Assembly: GCA_964474885.1 (NCBI GenBank) | Contig: CAYYWO010000003.1 | Span: 32,001 to 96,000 of the forward strand | Length of the DNA stretch: 64,000 nucleotides | Source of the DNA: Candidatus Hadarchaeota archaeon | GTDB taxonomy: Archaea; Hadarchaeota; Hadarchaeia; Hadarchaeales; JAWBSP01 | Direction of reading: 5' to 3' | In this document: positions 37,915 to 47,307 of the stretch, in pieces | Position numbering within the stretch: the stretch's first letter is position 1 | How the letters are laid out: the number at the start of each line of letters is the position of its first letter | Notes under the pieces: generated by a model | What the model was told of the DNA's origin: nothing | The model's database searches: none | Seen by the model: the letters and a program-made list of their open reading frames with translations, nothing else | Position numbers and translations under genes: made by a program

Positions 37915-38007
37915 AGCCCCTGTCGCGCGCCGTGGTTAGCTCCGGGTCACAGCGGGGTGGTCCACCAAGGGCTTCCCGGAGGCCTGGCGGGCGCGCCTTG
38001 TGGGGCT
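37915..38007 (-). ncRNA. H/ACA-like guide hairpin B
   Basis: Lower stem GCGCGCC/GGCGCGC then G-ACA; upper stem UCCGGG/CCCGGA with K-turn-like AAGC...GCUGUGA. Confidence 0.65.
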
Positions 38008-38035
38008 CTAAAAATTAACCGACGGATCAAAAAAG

Positions 38036-38131
38036 GGCCCCGCTGTCCCCCAGCACACTAACCCCGGGGCTCATAGGTTGCCTTTCCGGCGTCCTCCGCC
38101 CGGTAACCCTCGTGGTGGGGCGAGCGGGGCC
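38036..38131 (-). ncRNA. H/ACA guide hairpin C (candidate for 23S helix 69)
   Basis: CCCCA/UGGGG-G-ACA; K-turn GGAGG...CCUAUGA; pocket strand GAGGGUUA complementary to UAACCCUC; T6 run follows. Confidence 0.75.
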
Positions 38132-38132
38132 A

Positions 38133-38230
38133 ACCCCGCCTGTCACGCGCCAGGGTTGACCCGAGTTCATAGCGAGGTGGTCCACCAATTTGCTCCCCGA
38201 GGACCCATTGGCGCGCCTTCACGGCGGGGT
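38133..38230 (-). ncRNA. H/ACA guide hairpin A (candidate for the 23S A-loop)
   Basis: CGCGCCA/UGGCGCG-UG-ACA; Kt-7-like GGGGAGC...GCUAUGAAC; pocket AUGGGU/CAACCC. Confidence 0.72.
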
Positions 38231-38238
38231 GGCTCCAG

Positions 38239-38297
38239 TGTCCCCGCGACGATGCACCGGTGATCCCTTGTCACACCAGCTCTCGCTTCCCGCGGGA
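38239..38297 (-). ncRNA. H/ACA-like guide hairpin D with K-loop
   Basis: UCCCGCG/CGCGGGG-ACA; upper stem GCUGGUG/CACCGGU closed by UGA...GAU; 14 nt from pocket top to ACA. Confidence 0.6.
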
Positions 38298-38366
38298 TAT
38301 CCCCATCATCGCCAACTAACTTCTTTCTCTGTCCAAAAAATGTTATTTTTTCGCTCAAGAGTTGCT

Positions 38367-38771
38367 ATGGAGGAAGACTGGGAACTTCGGCAGATAAGGT
38401 TGAAGAAGATGGGAGAGATGCTCACCCGGGAGGAGCGAGGAGCAGGGCATGAGGCCAAAGTGCACGAAATATCGGACGACGAATTCGACCGAATTGTCCA
38501 AGAAAAGGAGTACGTCCTCGTTGACTTCTGGGCACCTTGGTGCCCCCCATGTCTCATGATAGCACCGATCGTGGAAGAGCTGGCAAGGCAGTACCCGCAG
38601 GTCTTCTTTGCGAAGATAAATGTCGATCAGCACCAGAGGGTAGCCACGAGGTACGGCATCATGAGCATACCCACCCTGCTCCTGTTTAAGAGAGGCAAGC
38701 TAGTAGACCAGCAAATCGGAGCGGTCCCCAAGAGTAGGCTGGAGGAGAAGATCCGGAAGTTGCTGGGATAA
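38367..38771 (+). CDS. trxA: Thioredoxin
   Basis: DFWAPWCPPC, SIPTL; archaeal N-terminal helix; ATG 38367. Confidence 0.92.
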   Translation: MEEDWELRQIRLKKMGEMLTREERGAGHEAKVHEISDDEFDRIVQEKEYVLVDFWAPWCPPCLMIAPIVEELARQYPQVFFAKINVDQHQRVATRYGIMSIPTLLLFKRGKLVDQQIGAVPKSRLEEKIRKLLG

Positions 38772-38794
38772 TTTATCTGCTTAGAGTTTCATGG

Positions 38795-39838
38795 ATGAAA
38801 ATTGCTATCGTCTGCCCTCCCTGGATTAGAGTACCCCCTGAGGAGTACGGGGGGATAGAGTACGTTGTTTGGTTGCTGGCCGACGGCCTGGTGGATCGGG
38901 GGCATGAGGTGACCCTTTTTTCCGTGGCAGGCTCCCAGACTAAGGGTAAGCTGCGCTGGGTTTTCGAGGGACCCAGACTGGATACTCTGAAGAAAGTCTC
39001 ACCAATCTTCCTCACGGAGGCGCTGACTCATTCGATAGCGGCTTATGACGAGATAAGAAGAGGGGACTTCGATCTCGTCAGCGACCACACGTGGAAGGAG
39101 GGCTTGGCTTCTGCCCGCTTCTTGGATATCCCCGTCGTCCACACCATACACGGGCCAATGGGGGAAGAAAACAAAAGGTTCTACAGCATGTTCAGGGGGG
39201 TACCGCATATACATTTCGTCACCATAAGCAACCATCAGCGGAAGTGCTTGCCGGATTTGAATTATGCAGGGACGGTTTACAACGGCATTCGTGTCAGAGA
39301 CTTCCCCTTTTACGAGGAGAAAGAAGACTATCTCCTTTACTTGGGTAGGTTCAACCCGGAAAAGGCACCCCATTTGGCATGCGAGGCGGCAAAGAAGCTG
39401 GGGAAAAGGTTGATCTTGGCGGGGAAGGTGCGCGAGCCCGCTGAGCAGAAGTATTTCGAGGAGTTCGTCAGACCGCGTTTGGGCCCTGAGATGGTTTTCG
39501 AGGGGGAGGTTTCAGATGGAAGGAAGAAGGAGCTCCTGTCCAGAGCCTCTGCTCTCCTCGTCCCAATTCAGTGGGATGAGCCCTTTGGGATAGTCATGAT
39601 AGAGGCCATGGCTTGCGGGACTCCCGTTGTGGCCTTTGCGCGGGGGGCAGCTCCGGAACTCGTGAGGGAGGGAGAAACGGGGTACCTGGCTAAGGATTTT
39701 AAAGAGTTTGTGGAGAAAATTGGAAAAGTTGATCAGATTGAGCCAAAGAGTTGCAGGAAGTGGGTGGAGCGGCAGTTCAATGAGGATGTCATGGTTGCCA
39801 AGTACGAAGAAGTCTTCAAGAGAGTCTTGGGAAGATAA
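38795..39838 (+). CDS. Glycosyltransferase family 4
   Basis: PP..YGGIE, GRFNPEK, EPFGIVMIEAMACGTPV. Confidence 0.92.
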   Translation: MKIAIVCPPWIRVPPEEYGGIEYVVWLLADGLVDRGHEVTLFSVAGSQTKGKLRWVFEGPRLDTLKKVSPIFLTEALTHSIAAYDEIRRGDFDLVSDHTWKEGLASARFLDIPVVHTIHGPMGEENKRFYSMFRGVPHIHFVTISNHQRKCLPDLNYAGTVYNGIRVRDFPFYEEKEDYLLYLGRFNPEKAPHLACEAAKKLGKRLILAGKVREPAEQKYFEEFVRPRLGPEMVFEGEVSDGRKKELLSRASALLVPIQWDEPFGIVMIEAMACGTPVVAFARGAAPELVREGETGYLAKDFKEFVEKIGKVDQIEPKSCRKWVERQFNEDVMVAKYEEVFKRVLGR

Positions 39839-42101
39839 CTGGCTCATAAGAGAGGTCGGCTGGGAAGAAGCCAAGCAAAGGTTCTATGAGGCGATTTTTG
39901 CCCTGAGCAACGGGTACCTGGGCCTCAGGGGGAGCTTGGAGGAGATACCCAGGGGCTCTTACCCGGGAACGTACATTGCCGGGGTCTACGATGACTATGG
40001 GCTTGAGGTTCCGGAGATCGTGAACCTGCCAAACCCTCTAATGGTTGAGATCGAGACGGATGCCGGAAGGCTGGGCGTGGGGAAGGGCGAGTTCTTCGAT
40101 CACGACCGGATTCTCGACATGAGGAATGCTACGCTTTGGCGCTGGACGACCTTCCGGGATGAGAAAGGCCGCTCGTACCGATACGAGTCCTGCAGGTTCG
40201 TCAGCATGGTCGATCCGCACTTGGTCGTCCAACATTTCTCCATCAGGCCCCTCGATGGACCTTGTGAGATCGAGTTACGGACTGGAGTGGACGCGACCAC
40301 GAAAAATGAGATGAGGCCCTTTGGGGGCCCGATCGCGCACTATGAGATAGCCAAAATATGGAAGAAGAGGCCGACCTTACTGGTCCGCACCAAAAGAACG
40401 GGACTTTGGATCGCCTATTCTTGGCTCTGCAGGTTCTCGGGCGGGAGGTTGCTAGAGCGGTGCACAGTCTTCAAGGACAAGAAGCTCCTGGAGTGTTTCA
40501 GGGTCAAGATCCCCAAAGACAAAGTCTGCTCGATTGACAGATTTTCCTACATTGTTGCAGGCCCCTCCAGAAAGGTTGCCCGGATGGCGAGAAGGGGTGC
40601 CCAAACGTCCGCCTCGCGGGGCTTTCGGGAAATCCACGATCTCCATTCCAGGAAGTGGAGGGAGAAGTGGGAGGTGGCTAACGTCGAGATAGAGGGAGAC
40701 AAGCAGTGTGACTTGGCACTCAGGTTTTGCATCTACCACCTCTGTTCGGCCCTAAGCGACAGGGACTTCGACGTGAGCATTCCTGCGAAGGCGCTGACAG
40801 GGGAGTGGTACGGCGGGCACGTTTTCTGGGATACGGAGATTTTCATGTTGCCCTTCTACGCGCTGACCTTCCCCCATCTGGCGAAGCACCTCCTGCTATA
40901 CAGGTACCGCAGGCTGGATGAGGCGAGGAACAAGGCAAGACGGATGGGCTATGCGGGTGCCCTCTTTCCCTGGGAGTCGGCACAAACCGGCGAAGAGGTC
41001 ACGCCCAGACGCTGGAGGGATTTTAACGGGAGGGTGGTAAAGGTCCTGACTGCGGACAGGGAGCAACACATAGCCTCGGATGTGATGTATGCTCTCCGGA
41101 CGTACCTGCTGGCGACTGGAGACTGGAAGTTCATGAGGCAGGCGGGTGCGGAGATGCTGTTCGAGACGGCCAGATTCTGGGCCAGCCGGGTCAGGCGTAA
41201 CCGCAAGACTGGGGAGTACGAGATAAGGGGCGTAATAGGCCCAAATGAGTTCCAGGAGTGCGTGGACAACAACGCCTTCACGAACTACTCGGCTCGGTGG
41301 TGCCTGCGGTGGGCGGCGGAGATATACAGGGAGCTCTCACTGAAGTATCCCTCAGATCTGAGGAGGATAAGCAGGAAGATCCGTCTGGATCCCTCAGAGG
41401 TAGAGAACTGGGTCAACATAGCGGGCAAAATCAGATTCCCGCAAAGGCCCGACGGTCTGATTGAGGAATTCGATGGATACTTCGGCTTGAAAGATGTCCA
41501 AGTGAAGTTTGACAGACAGGGGATGCCAACTTGGCCGGGGGAAGTCCCCCTGCCCGAGGTCCGGCACACGAGGTTGGTAAAGCAGGCGGATGTGGTCTTG
41601 TTGCTTGCGCTCTTCAGGGATGAGTTCGATAAGGCAACCAAGGCGAAGAACTTGGATTTCTACGAGCGCAGATGCGTGCACAAGTCCTCCCTGAGTCCGG
41701 CGGCACACGGCCTCGTGGCGGCCGATATAGGTGACGCAAACCGTGCCTTAAGATATTTCAAGTTCGCCTCTTGTCTCGACCTTTTTGACCTGCACCAGAA
41801 CACTGGAAAGGGTATACATGGGGCGGTAATGGGTTCGGCTTGGCAGCTAGCCATTTTTGGCTTCGGTGGTGTGCGCCTGGGGGAGAAATTGAGCGTGAAT
41901 CCGCTGCTTCCCCCGGGATGGCATTCCATTCGATTCAAGCTCAGGTGGAGGGGGAACCTACTAGAGGTTCACGCTACGAGTCGGGAAGTGAGGGTCAAGG
42001 GTGTGAAGACGCGGGGCCCCGTGAGCCTTGAGGTTCTTGGGAAACGAGTAACAGTTACCGAAAACTCCATTGTATCTTCGCGGTATGTAGAGGAACAGTA
42101 A
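39786..42101 (+). CDS. Glycoside hydrolase family 65 (disaccharide phosphorylase)
   Basis: SNGYLGLRG, GHVFWDTE, GPNEF, KQADV, HKSSLS; start uncertain. Confidence 0.92.
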   Translation: MSWLPSTKKSSRESWEDNWLIREVGWEEAKQRFYEAIFALSNGYLGLRGSLEEIPRGSYPGTYIAGVYDDYGLEVPEIVNLPNPLMVEIETDAGRLGVGKGEFFDHDRILDMRNATLWRWTTFRDEKGRSYRYESCRFVSMVDPHLVVQHFSIRPLDGPCEIELRTGVDATTKNEMRPFGGPIAHYEIAKIWKKRPTLLVRTKRTGLWIAYSWLCRFSGGRLLERCTVFKDKKLLECFRVKIPKDKVCSIDRFSYIVAGPSRKVARMARRGAQTSASRGFREIHDLHSRKWREKWEVANVEIEGDKQCDLALRFCIYHLCSALSDRDFDVSIPAKALTGEWYGGHVFWDTEIFMLPFYALTFPHLAKHLLLYRYRRLDEARNKARRMGYAGALFPWESAQTGEEVTPRRWRDFNGRVVKVLTADREQHIASDVMYALRTYLLATGDWKFMRQAGAEMLFETARFWASRVRRNRKTGEYEIRGVIGPNEFQECVDNNAFTNYSARWCLRWAAEIYRELSLKYPSDLRRISRKIRLDPSEVENWVNIAGKIRFPQRPDGLIEEFDGYFGLKDVQVKFDRQGMPTWPGEVPLPEVRHTRLVKQADVVLLLALFRDEFDKATKAKNLDFYERRCVHKSSLSPAAHGLVAADIGDANRALRYFKFASCLDLFDLHQNTGKGIHGAVMGSAWQLAIFGFGGVRLGEKLSVNPLLPPGWHSIRFKLRWRGNLLEVHATSREVRVKGVKTRGPVSLEVLGKRVTVTENSIVSSRYVEEQ

Positions 42102-42182
42102 GCGGACAGTTATTTCCCGACGACTTGTCAGGAATTGACACCGATTTCAAGGCGAGCCTGAAGACAAGGGTGATGTAAACTT

Positions 42183-42319
42183 AACAAATAAACAGTTTAT
42201 GCGAAGTGTATAACAAAATAAACAGTTGGCTCAAAGTGTTTATAACAATAAAACACTTGCGAGGCGTGTTTGCAACAAAATAAACAGTTGACATGAACTG
42301 TGATAATAGATAACAGTTG
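42183..42319. repeat. Array of 5 AT-rich dyad repeats, 29-31-bp period
   Basis: Units end AAACAGTT, AAACACTT or TAACAGTT at 42197, 42227, 42258, 42289, 42318; consensus ~AAGTGTTT..AACAAAATAAACAGTTG. Confidence 0.88.
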
Positions 42320-42392
42320 TTACCAAGTTTCACCCTCACTTTACGGTGACAGGAGAGATGTTACAGCCTAATGAGGCGGTGACAAAGTTTGA

Positions 42393-43163
42393 ATGAGAGT
42401 CGAGGACAGAGTCGCGTTCATCTGGGACATCGATGGTGTGGTCGTGGATAGTCCCCATGAGCACGCTTGGAGGCAGACGGCACTAAGATGGGGGGCGAAA
42501 GAGCTGACTCCGGAGTTCTACTTCCAGCACGTTGCGAGCAAACCTAGGTATGTCGGGGGTCACGCGATACTGGAGCTCCTAGGCATATACGAAAAGCACG
42601 GTGCAACAGATGAACCCTCCCGCAAAGAACTCTTAGCCCGCTTCTGCGAGGAAAAGAACCGGATGATTCAGCAGCTGATCAGAGAGGGGAAGTTTGAGGT
42701 TTTCAAGGATGCCGTCGGATTGCTCCTTCAAGCGAGGAAACGTGGAGTAAAGCAAGCTGCAGCCTCAGCTTCGAAAAACGCGAGGCCCATGCTGGAGAGA
42801 GTAGACGATGAGAGGTTGAGGCAGTTGGGTTTCGGGGATCTCATCGGGGACATTAAACGCCTGTATCAGGCATTCGAGGTCGATGTCTGCGGCCTAGATA
42901 TCGAGGAAAAGGCAGGGATTCAGCGTTTCGCGGCGGAGCGGTTGAAGGAGAAGTTCCCCTCCCTCGCACACTTTGTGGTCTTTGAGGATGCACCGGCGGG
43001 GGTGGGAGCTGCACATCAACTCGGATTTTTTGCAGTCGGTGTTAGGCGCATAGGGAGTCGGGAGGAGCTGGTCCGAGCGGGAGCGGATGTGGTAGTGGAC
43101 TCCCTGACGGAACTGACCTTAGATCAGCTGTTACGGCAGGTATCCAAGAAGTTCAGCCTTTAG
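42393..43163 (+). CDS. HAD hydrolase, beta-phosphoglucomutase-like
   Basis: [24 protein letters not shown]; next to GH65. Confidence 0.85.
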   Translation: MRVEDRVAFIWDIDGVVVDSPHEHAWRQTALRWGAKELTPEFYFQHVASKPRYVGGHAILELLGIYEKHGATDEPSRKELLARFCEEKNRMIQQLIREGKFEVFKDAVGLLLQARKRGVKQAAASASKNARPMLERVDDERLRQLGFGDLIGDIKRLYQAFEVDVCGLDIEEKAGIQRFAAERLKEKFPSLAHFVVFEDAPAGVGAAHQLGFFAVGVRRIGSREELVRAGADVVVDSLTELTLDQLLRQVSKKFSL

Positions 43164-45993
43164 CAACACCTATCGGTACCATCCTGGCGACCCTCTTGGC
43201 TATGCCTGCTCTGTCCGAGATCTCCGCAACTTTGTCCACATCCTTGTAGGCTTCGGGGGCTTCCTCAGCGATGACGGACACCTGAGCAGCCCTTATGTAT
43301 ATCCCCTTGGAGGCCAATCTTCTCCTCACCTCGTCCCCCCTGTACTGCCTTAGGGCTGCGTGGCGGCTTAAGTGCCTTCCAGCTCCGTGGGCGGTTGATC
43401 CGAAGGTTTCCTCCATAGCCCTCTGGGTACCCACCAGGATGTAGGAGGCAGTCCCCATGTCACCGGGGATGAGAACAGGCTGCCCCACCTCCCGATACAA
43501 GGCAGGGATGTCGGGATGCCCGGGACCGAAGGCGCGTGTTGCTCCCTTGCGGTGGACCACAACCTCTTTCACTTCCCCATCGATCCTGTGCCTTTCCAGC
43601 TTGGCGATGTTGTGTGCAACGTCGTAGACGATGTGGAGCCCCAACGATTCCGCATCCCTTCTGAAGACCTGCTCGAACGATTGTCTCACCCAGTGCACGA
43701 TCATCTGGCGGTTTGCCCAAGCGTAGTTCGCCGCGCACTTCATGGCTGAGAAGTAGTCCTGGCCTTCGGGGGATCGGAATGGAACGTTCACGAGCTCACG
43801 ATCCAGCAGGCGGATGCCGTACCGCCTGACTGCGTGCTCCATCCGGCGGAGGTAGTCGGAGCAAACCTGGTGCCCCAGACCGCGGGAGCCCGTGTGGATC
43901 ATAACCGTGACCTGCCCCTCGTGCGTTATCCCGAAAGCCTTGGCTACCCGAGGCTCGTAAATTTTATCCACCACTTGGACCTCTAGGAAGTGATTTCCGC
44001 TTCCCAAGCTACCAAGCTGGGGGAGCCCACGGTTCTTCGCCCCCGTACTCACCTTCGACGCCGAAGCTCCCTCCATACATCCCCCCTCTTCCAGCCGCTC
44101 GAGGTCCTCCTGCCAGCCGTATCCGTTCTCCACGGCCCACCTGGCACCGTGCTCGAGCACCTCATCCAGCTGGGGCATGGAAAGGCGTACTTTGCCGCGG
44201 CTCCCTAGGCCTGAGGGGACGTTCCGGAAGAGGGTGTCAACCAGCTCGCGGAGCTTGGGCTCGACATCTTTTTTGTCCAAATTCGTCTTAACTAGGCGCA
44301 CCCCGCAATTCGAAGTAACGAATCCCTCCGCAACAAAGTTGTGGTGGGAGTCGGCAACCGTGAAGTCGTACACCCAACCGTCATGGGGTATGCTTTCTAT
44401 CTGCACCACCTTGTCGAAGACCACTTCTCCGTCCACGTGCTCCTTCATGAACCGTTCGAAGGTCGGGAAGTTTTGCGGAACTCGGGCATCACCAGTACCC
44501 TCGTAGAGACTGCGTTCAATGAGCCGCCGGTTGACCACACCACGGTAGCGCCGCAGGAGCTCTGCGGATCGCCCGTGGCCCTCTTGGATCTCGCATCTGA
44601 GGAGCTCTCTCTCACGTTTCACGGCCTCTTTGAATTTCAGGAAAACGACGGCGGCCAAGGCACGTGCTTTCCTCTCCCGGTTGTACTCGTAACCGATCTT
44701 GCTCCACAGTGCTATCAGGTTCTCCGGCCGCTCGTGAACGCTCAGTCGATAAACGATCCTTCCATTGTCCCTCTCCGCCACTCCGACGGTCGAGGAGACC
44801 CCGAATTCGTTCAGGATCCGCTTCAACTCGTTGAGGAAACGCCGTCCATCCACCTCCTTTCCCTGCTTTCTTGATACTTTCACTTCAGGCATGTAGAAGT
44901 TGTAGCCGTTCATCGTCTTGGGGGCGGACATTTCAGCACCGAAGTAGGCTGCGAGGAAGAGGCGCTTCAACCACAGGGGCAGCCTGGAGATCCAGTGCGG
45001 GACTTCCAGCCTGACCTGGGTCTTCTTCCCCCTGGGATAGCCCAGAGCCAGCAGGAGCTCAGCCAGGCTGCGAGCGGAGACCTTAAGGGAAGCCTCTGTT
45101 CGAACAAACTCACGCCCCTTGAGCCTGTGTCTCCTCCTGCGCGTGTAGATGGAAGACTTGTATCCTAAACGCTTCAGATCCGCTTGGATGTCCTGCAGGT
45201 CCTCCAGCTTGCCGTAGAATATCACGCTTTTCCCGCAGATGGTCCCGTCACCTAGCAGGTACCCGAGCAACTTCAAGAGGAGGGGCAGCTTGGGATTCCG
45301 GGCTGTTAGGGGTAACAGGCCGCGCTTTTTGAGTTCTTCTCTGATGGCTGACCTGAACGCGGTCTCACGGACTATCTCGAAGTCAGTTGCCTCCTCATAC
45401 GGAACTCCCTCGAATGGGTGCAACCCTACTTCCGTTCCCACGGTGAGTCCTCCCGCTTCCCTCATTCCCTCGCGGGTCAAAATCGGGTGGTCGGGGGAAA
45501 GTGCCAGCTCGAATCCCGATGCTGTCTTTATTTTCATGACAGATTTGTCATTCCTGCGGAGTGTCAGGATTACGGGGGTCGGTTTCGCTCGATTCTGGTT
45601 GAGAACCACCACCTCTTGTCCCACCGAGACCCTCTCTATGGGCAGCCAGAAGCCAAGCGGGGTCAGCACCCGCGTGCCAGCCGGCAGGCAGTTTATATCG
45701 TAGCCCACGCCGCCTGGCGAGATGACCCCGGTTTCAGCATCAGTTGCTGCGACTCCTCCTATCGGGAAGCCGTAGCCCTGATGCCCGTCGGGGAGGACGA
45801 TAGAATACTTGTAGATGCCGTCGAGGGAGGCGACATTCGCCCCCTGCTCCAGCGTTAGATCCTTGCCCATCTCCTGCAACATTTCCCGGTCCGCGTAGAT
45901 CCTCGCCGGCACGCGCATCCCCGGCTTGTAATCTGGTGGGATTTCCCACCGCACCTCGTCGATCTGCCTGATCTTCCCCGGCAGCGGCATCAT
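43153..45993 (-). CDS. rtcB: RNA-splicing ligase RtcB, intein-containing
   Basis: [18 protein letters not shown]|[26 protein letters not shown]. Confidence 0.96.
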   Translation of the reverse strand: MMPLPGKIRQIDEVRWEIPPDYKPGMRVPARIYADREMLQEMGKDLTLEQGANVASLDGIYKYSIVLPDGHQGYGFPIGGVAATDAETGVISPGGVGYDINCLPAGTRVLTPLGFWLPIERVSVGQEVVVLNQNRAKPTPVILTLRRNDKSVMKIKTASGFELALSPDHPILTREGMREAGGLTVGTEVGLHPFEGVPYEEATDFEIVRETAFRSAIREELKKRGLLPLTARNPKLPLLLKLLGYLLGDGTICGKSVIFYGKLEDLQDIQADLKRLGYKSSIYTRRRRHRLKGREFVRTEASLKVSARSLAELLLALGYPRGKKTQVRLEVPHWISRLPLWLKRLFLAAYFGAEMSAPKTMNGYNFYMPEVKVSRKQGKEVDGRRFLNELKRILNEFGVSSTVGVAERDNGRIVYRLSVHERPENLIALWSKIGYEYNRERKARALAAVVFLKFKEAVKRERELLRCEIQEGHGRSAELLRRYRGVVNRRLIERSLYEGTGDARVPQNFPTFERFMKEHVDGEVVFDKVVQIESIPHDGWVYDFTVADSHHNFVAEGFVTSNCGVRLVKTNLDKKDVEPKLRELVDTLFRNVPSGLGSRGKVRLSMPQLDEVLEHGARWAVENGYGWQEDLERLEEGGCMEGASASKVSTGAKNRGLPQLGSLGSGNHFLEVQVVDKIYEPRVAKAFGITHEGQVTVMIHTGSRGLGHQVCSDYLRRMEHAVRRYGIRLLDRELVNVPFRSPEGQDYFSAMKCAANYAWANRQMIVHWVRQSFEQVFRRDAESLGLHIVYDVAHNIAKLERHRIDGEVKEVVVHRKGATRAFGPGHPDIPALYREVGQPVLIPGDMGTASYILVGTQRAMEETFGSTAHGAGRHLSRHAALRQYRGDEVRRRLASKGIYIRAAQVSVIAEEAPEAYKDVDKVAEISDRAGIAKRVARMVPIGVAKG
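44308..45690 (-). mobile_element. Intein with LAGLIDADG homing endonuclease (461 aa)
   Basis: Starts CLPAGT after YDIN; block B SPDHPIL; LLGYLLGDG and [10 protein letters not shown]; ends [18 protein letters not shown]|C. Confidence 0.93.
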
Positions 45994-46024
45994 ACTATTC
46001 GAGGGAGGAGGTATGACTAAAAAG

Positions 46025-46450
46025 CTAGATGTCCACAACCGCCTGCACGCAGCAGGCCCCGGGCTTTTCCTCTACCCGCATCATGTGATAGGTCATGGCC
46101 TTCACCGAAGTCTTGGCGGGATGTTTTTCCGGGTTGAAGGCCTCACCCCAAGCTTTCCCTTCTAGGCAGAGCCCCGACGCGCTCCGCTCGATCTTCACCT
46201 CGAACTTGGAGAAGAGCAAATTCTGACTGTCGTGATAAGAGATCAGTGAGTCCAGCCAGTCGTAAAGAAGGGCCTCCTTATCCTCCGCCTGCAACTCCAG
46301 CTTGACCATCTCTTTCGGTTCTACTTTGCTGGTGTCCGTCATTATCTCGAAAAGCGCGAGTGCGGCGTTTTCGAAAGCCTCCGCCAAGGTTTTCCCGTAG
46401 GCTCTAAAGCCGACATCGGAAGGGTGCTCCACCCACTCGAAACGCTTCAT
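46025..46450 (-). CDS. Archease
   Basis: EHPSDVG, KAMTYH, C-terminal VDI; adjacent to rtcB. Confidence 0.95.
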   Translation of the reverse strand: MKRFEWVEHPSDVGFRAYGKTLAEAFENAALALFEIMTDTSKVEPKEMVKLELQAEDKEALLYDWLDSLISYHDSQNLLFSKFEVKIERSASGLCLEGKAWGEAFNPEKHPAKTSVKAMTYHMMRVEEKPGACCVQAVVDI

Positions 46451-46472
46451 TCAGATTTACTCGTCGGACATT

Positions 46473-47279
46473 TTGATGAGGAGGTCGGTTTATTTACCGG
46501 GCTCTCTCGTTGCGGATTGTGGCAGTTTGCTCCAAAAGACGATCAAGATCGGACAGGTCGCCCGGGCTCTGGCGATCTTCAGGATTCAGCACGTGGGCAT
46601 CTACGATGACTCCCACCCCTCCTGCAAGCAGGACACACCACTCATCGTCAAGCTGCTGAGGTACGCGGAGACCCCGCAGTACCTGAGAAAACTCCTATTC
46701 CCGAAGGATGCGGACCTGAGATACGTCGGACTCTTACCCCCGCTCCGCACGCCGCACCATCCGCTCAGGGGGGAGAGGGAAGAGGTCGGCGCGGTCAGGG
46801 AAGCACTTGTCTTGGAGCAAAAGCGGGAGGGGAGCATTCTGGAGCTCGGTCTTCCGAAAAAGGGGCTCTGCAAGGACAGGCTTAGGAGGAACCAGAGGGT
46901 AACGGTTAAACTGGTGAAAGGTTCTGGGAGGTTCTATGAGGTGGTCCCGTGCCCGCCGGATGACTACTGGGGGTTCAGCATTTCTACCCACGGAAGCTTG
47001 CGGCAGGCCCTCCGGGCAGCGAGCGGCCTGCGGGTGGCTACCTCCAGGTACGGGAGACACATAAGAGCTCAGGATGAGCTGGTAGAGCAGGCCAACCGTC
47101 AGGGCTTCTCGCTCTTCTTCGGCGGTCCTTACTGGGGTATCCTTGAGACAAGCAGGAAACAGGGCGTCCCATCCTCCCTATTTGACGATGTGGTGAACGT
47201 CATCCCGAAACAGGGAACAGCGACCGTGAGGACGGAGGAGGCTCTTTTCTGCGCCCTTGCTCTCTTCCACCTCGGGTGA
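46473..47279 (+). CDS. SPOUT-family RNA methyltransferase (DUF171-like)
   Basis: GQVARALAIFR, ETPQYLRK, LPPLRTPHH, QGTATVRTEEA; upstream of rpl3. Confidence 0.88.
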   Translation: MMRRSVYLPGSLVADCGSLLQKTIKIGQVARALAIFRIQHVGIYDDSHPSCKQDTPLIVKLLRYAETPQYLRKLLFPKDADLRYVGLLPPLRTPHHPLRGEREEVGAVREALVLEQKREGSILELGLPKKGLCKDRLRRNQRVTVKLVKGSGRFYEVVPCPPDDYWGFSISTHGSLRQALRAASGLRVATSRYGRHIRAQDELVEQANRQGFSLFFGGPYWGILETSRKQGVPSSLFDDVVNVIPKQGTATVRTEEALFCALALFHLG

Positions 47280-47307
47280 TATATTCCCTTTTAAAACCAA
47301 TTAATTC

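Noticed and set aside
37750-38330. RNase P RNA, SRP RNA or protein-coding ORFs
   Set aside because: No RNase P P4 signature or SRP helix 8 motif seen; the ORF translations are not protein-like; H/ACA architecture explains the region
42183-42319. CRISPR array
   Set aside because: Linkers are only ~5 bp, units are degenerate and no cas operon is present; the same applies to 33955-34064
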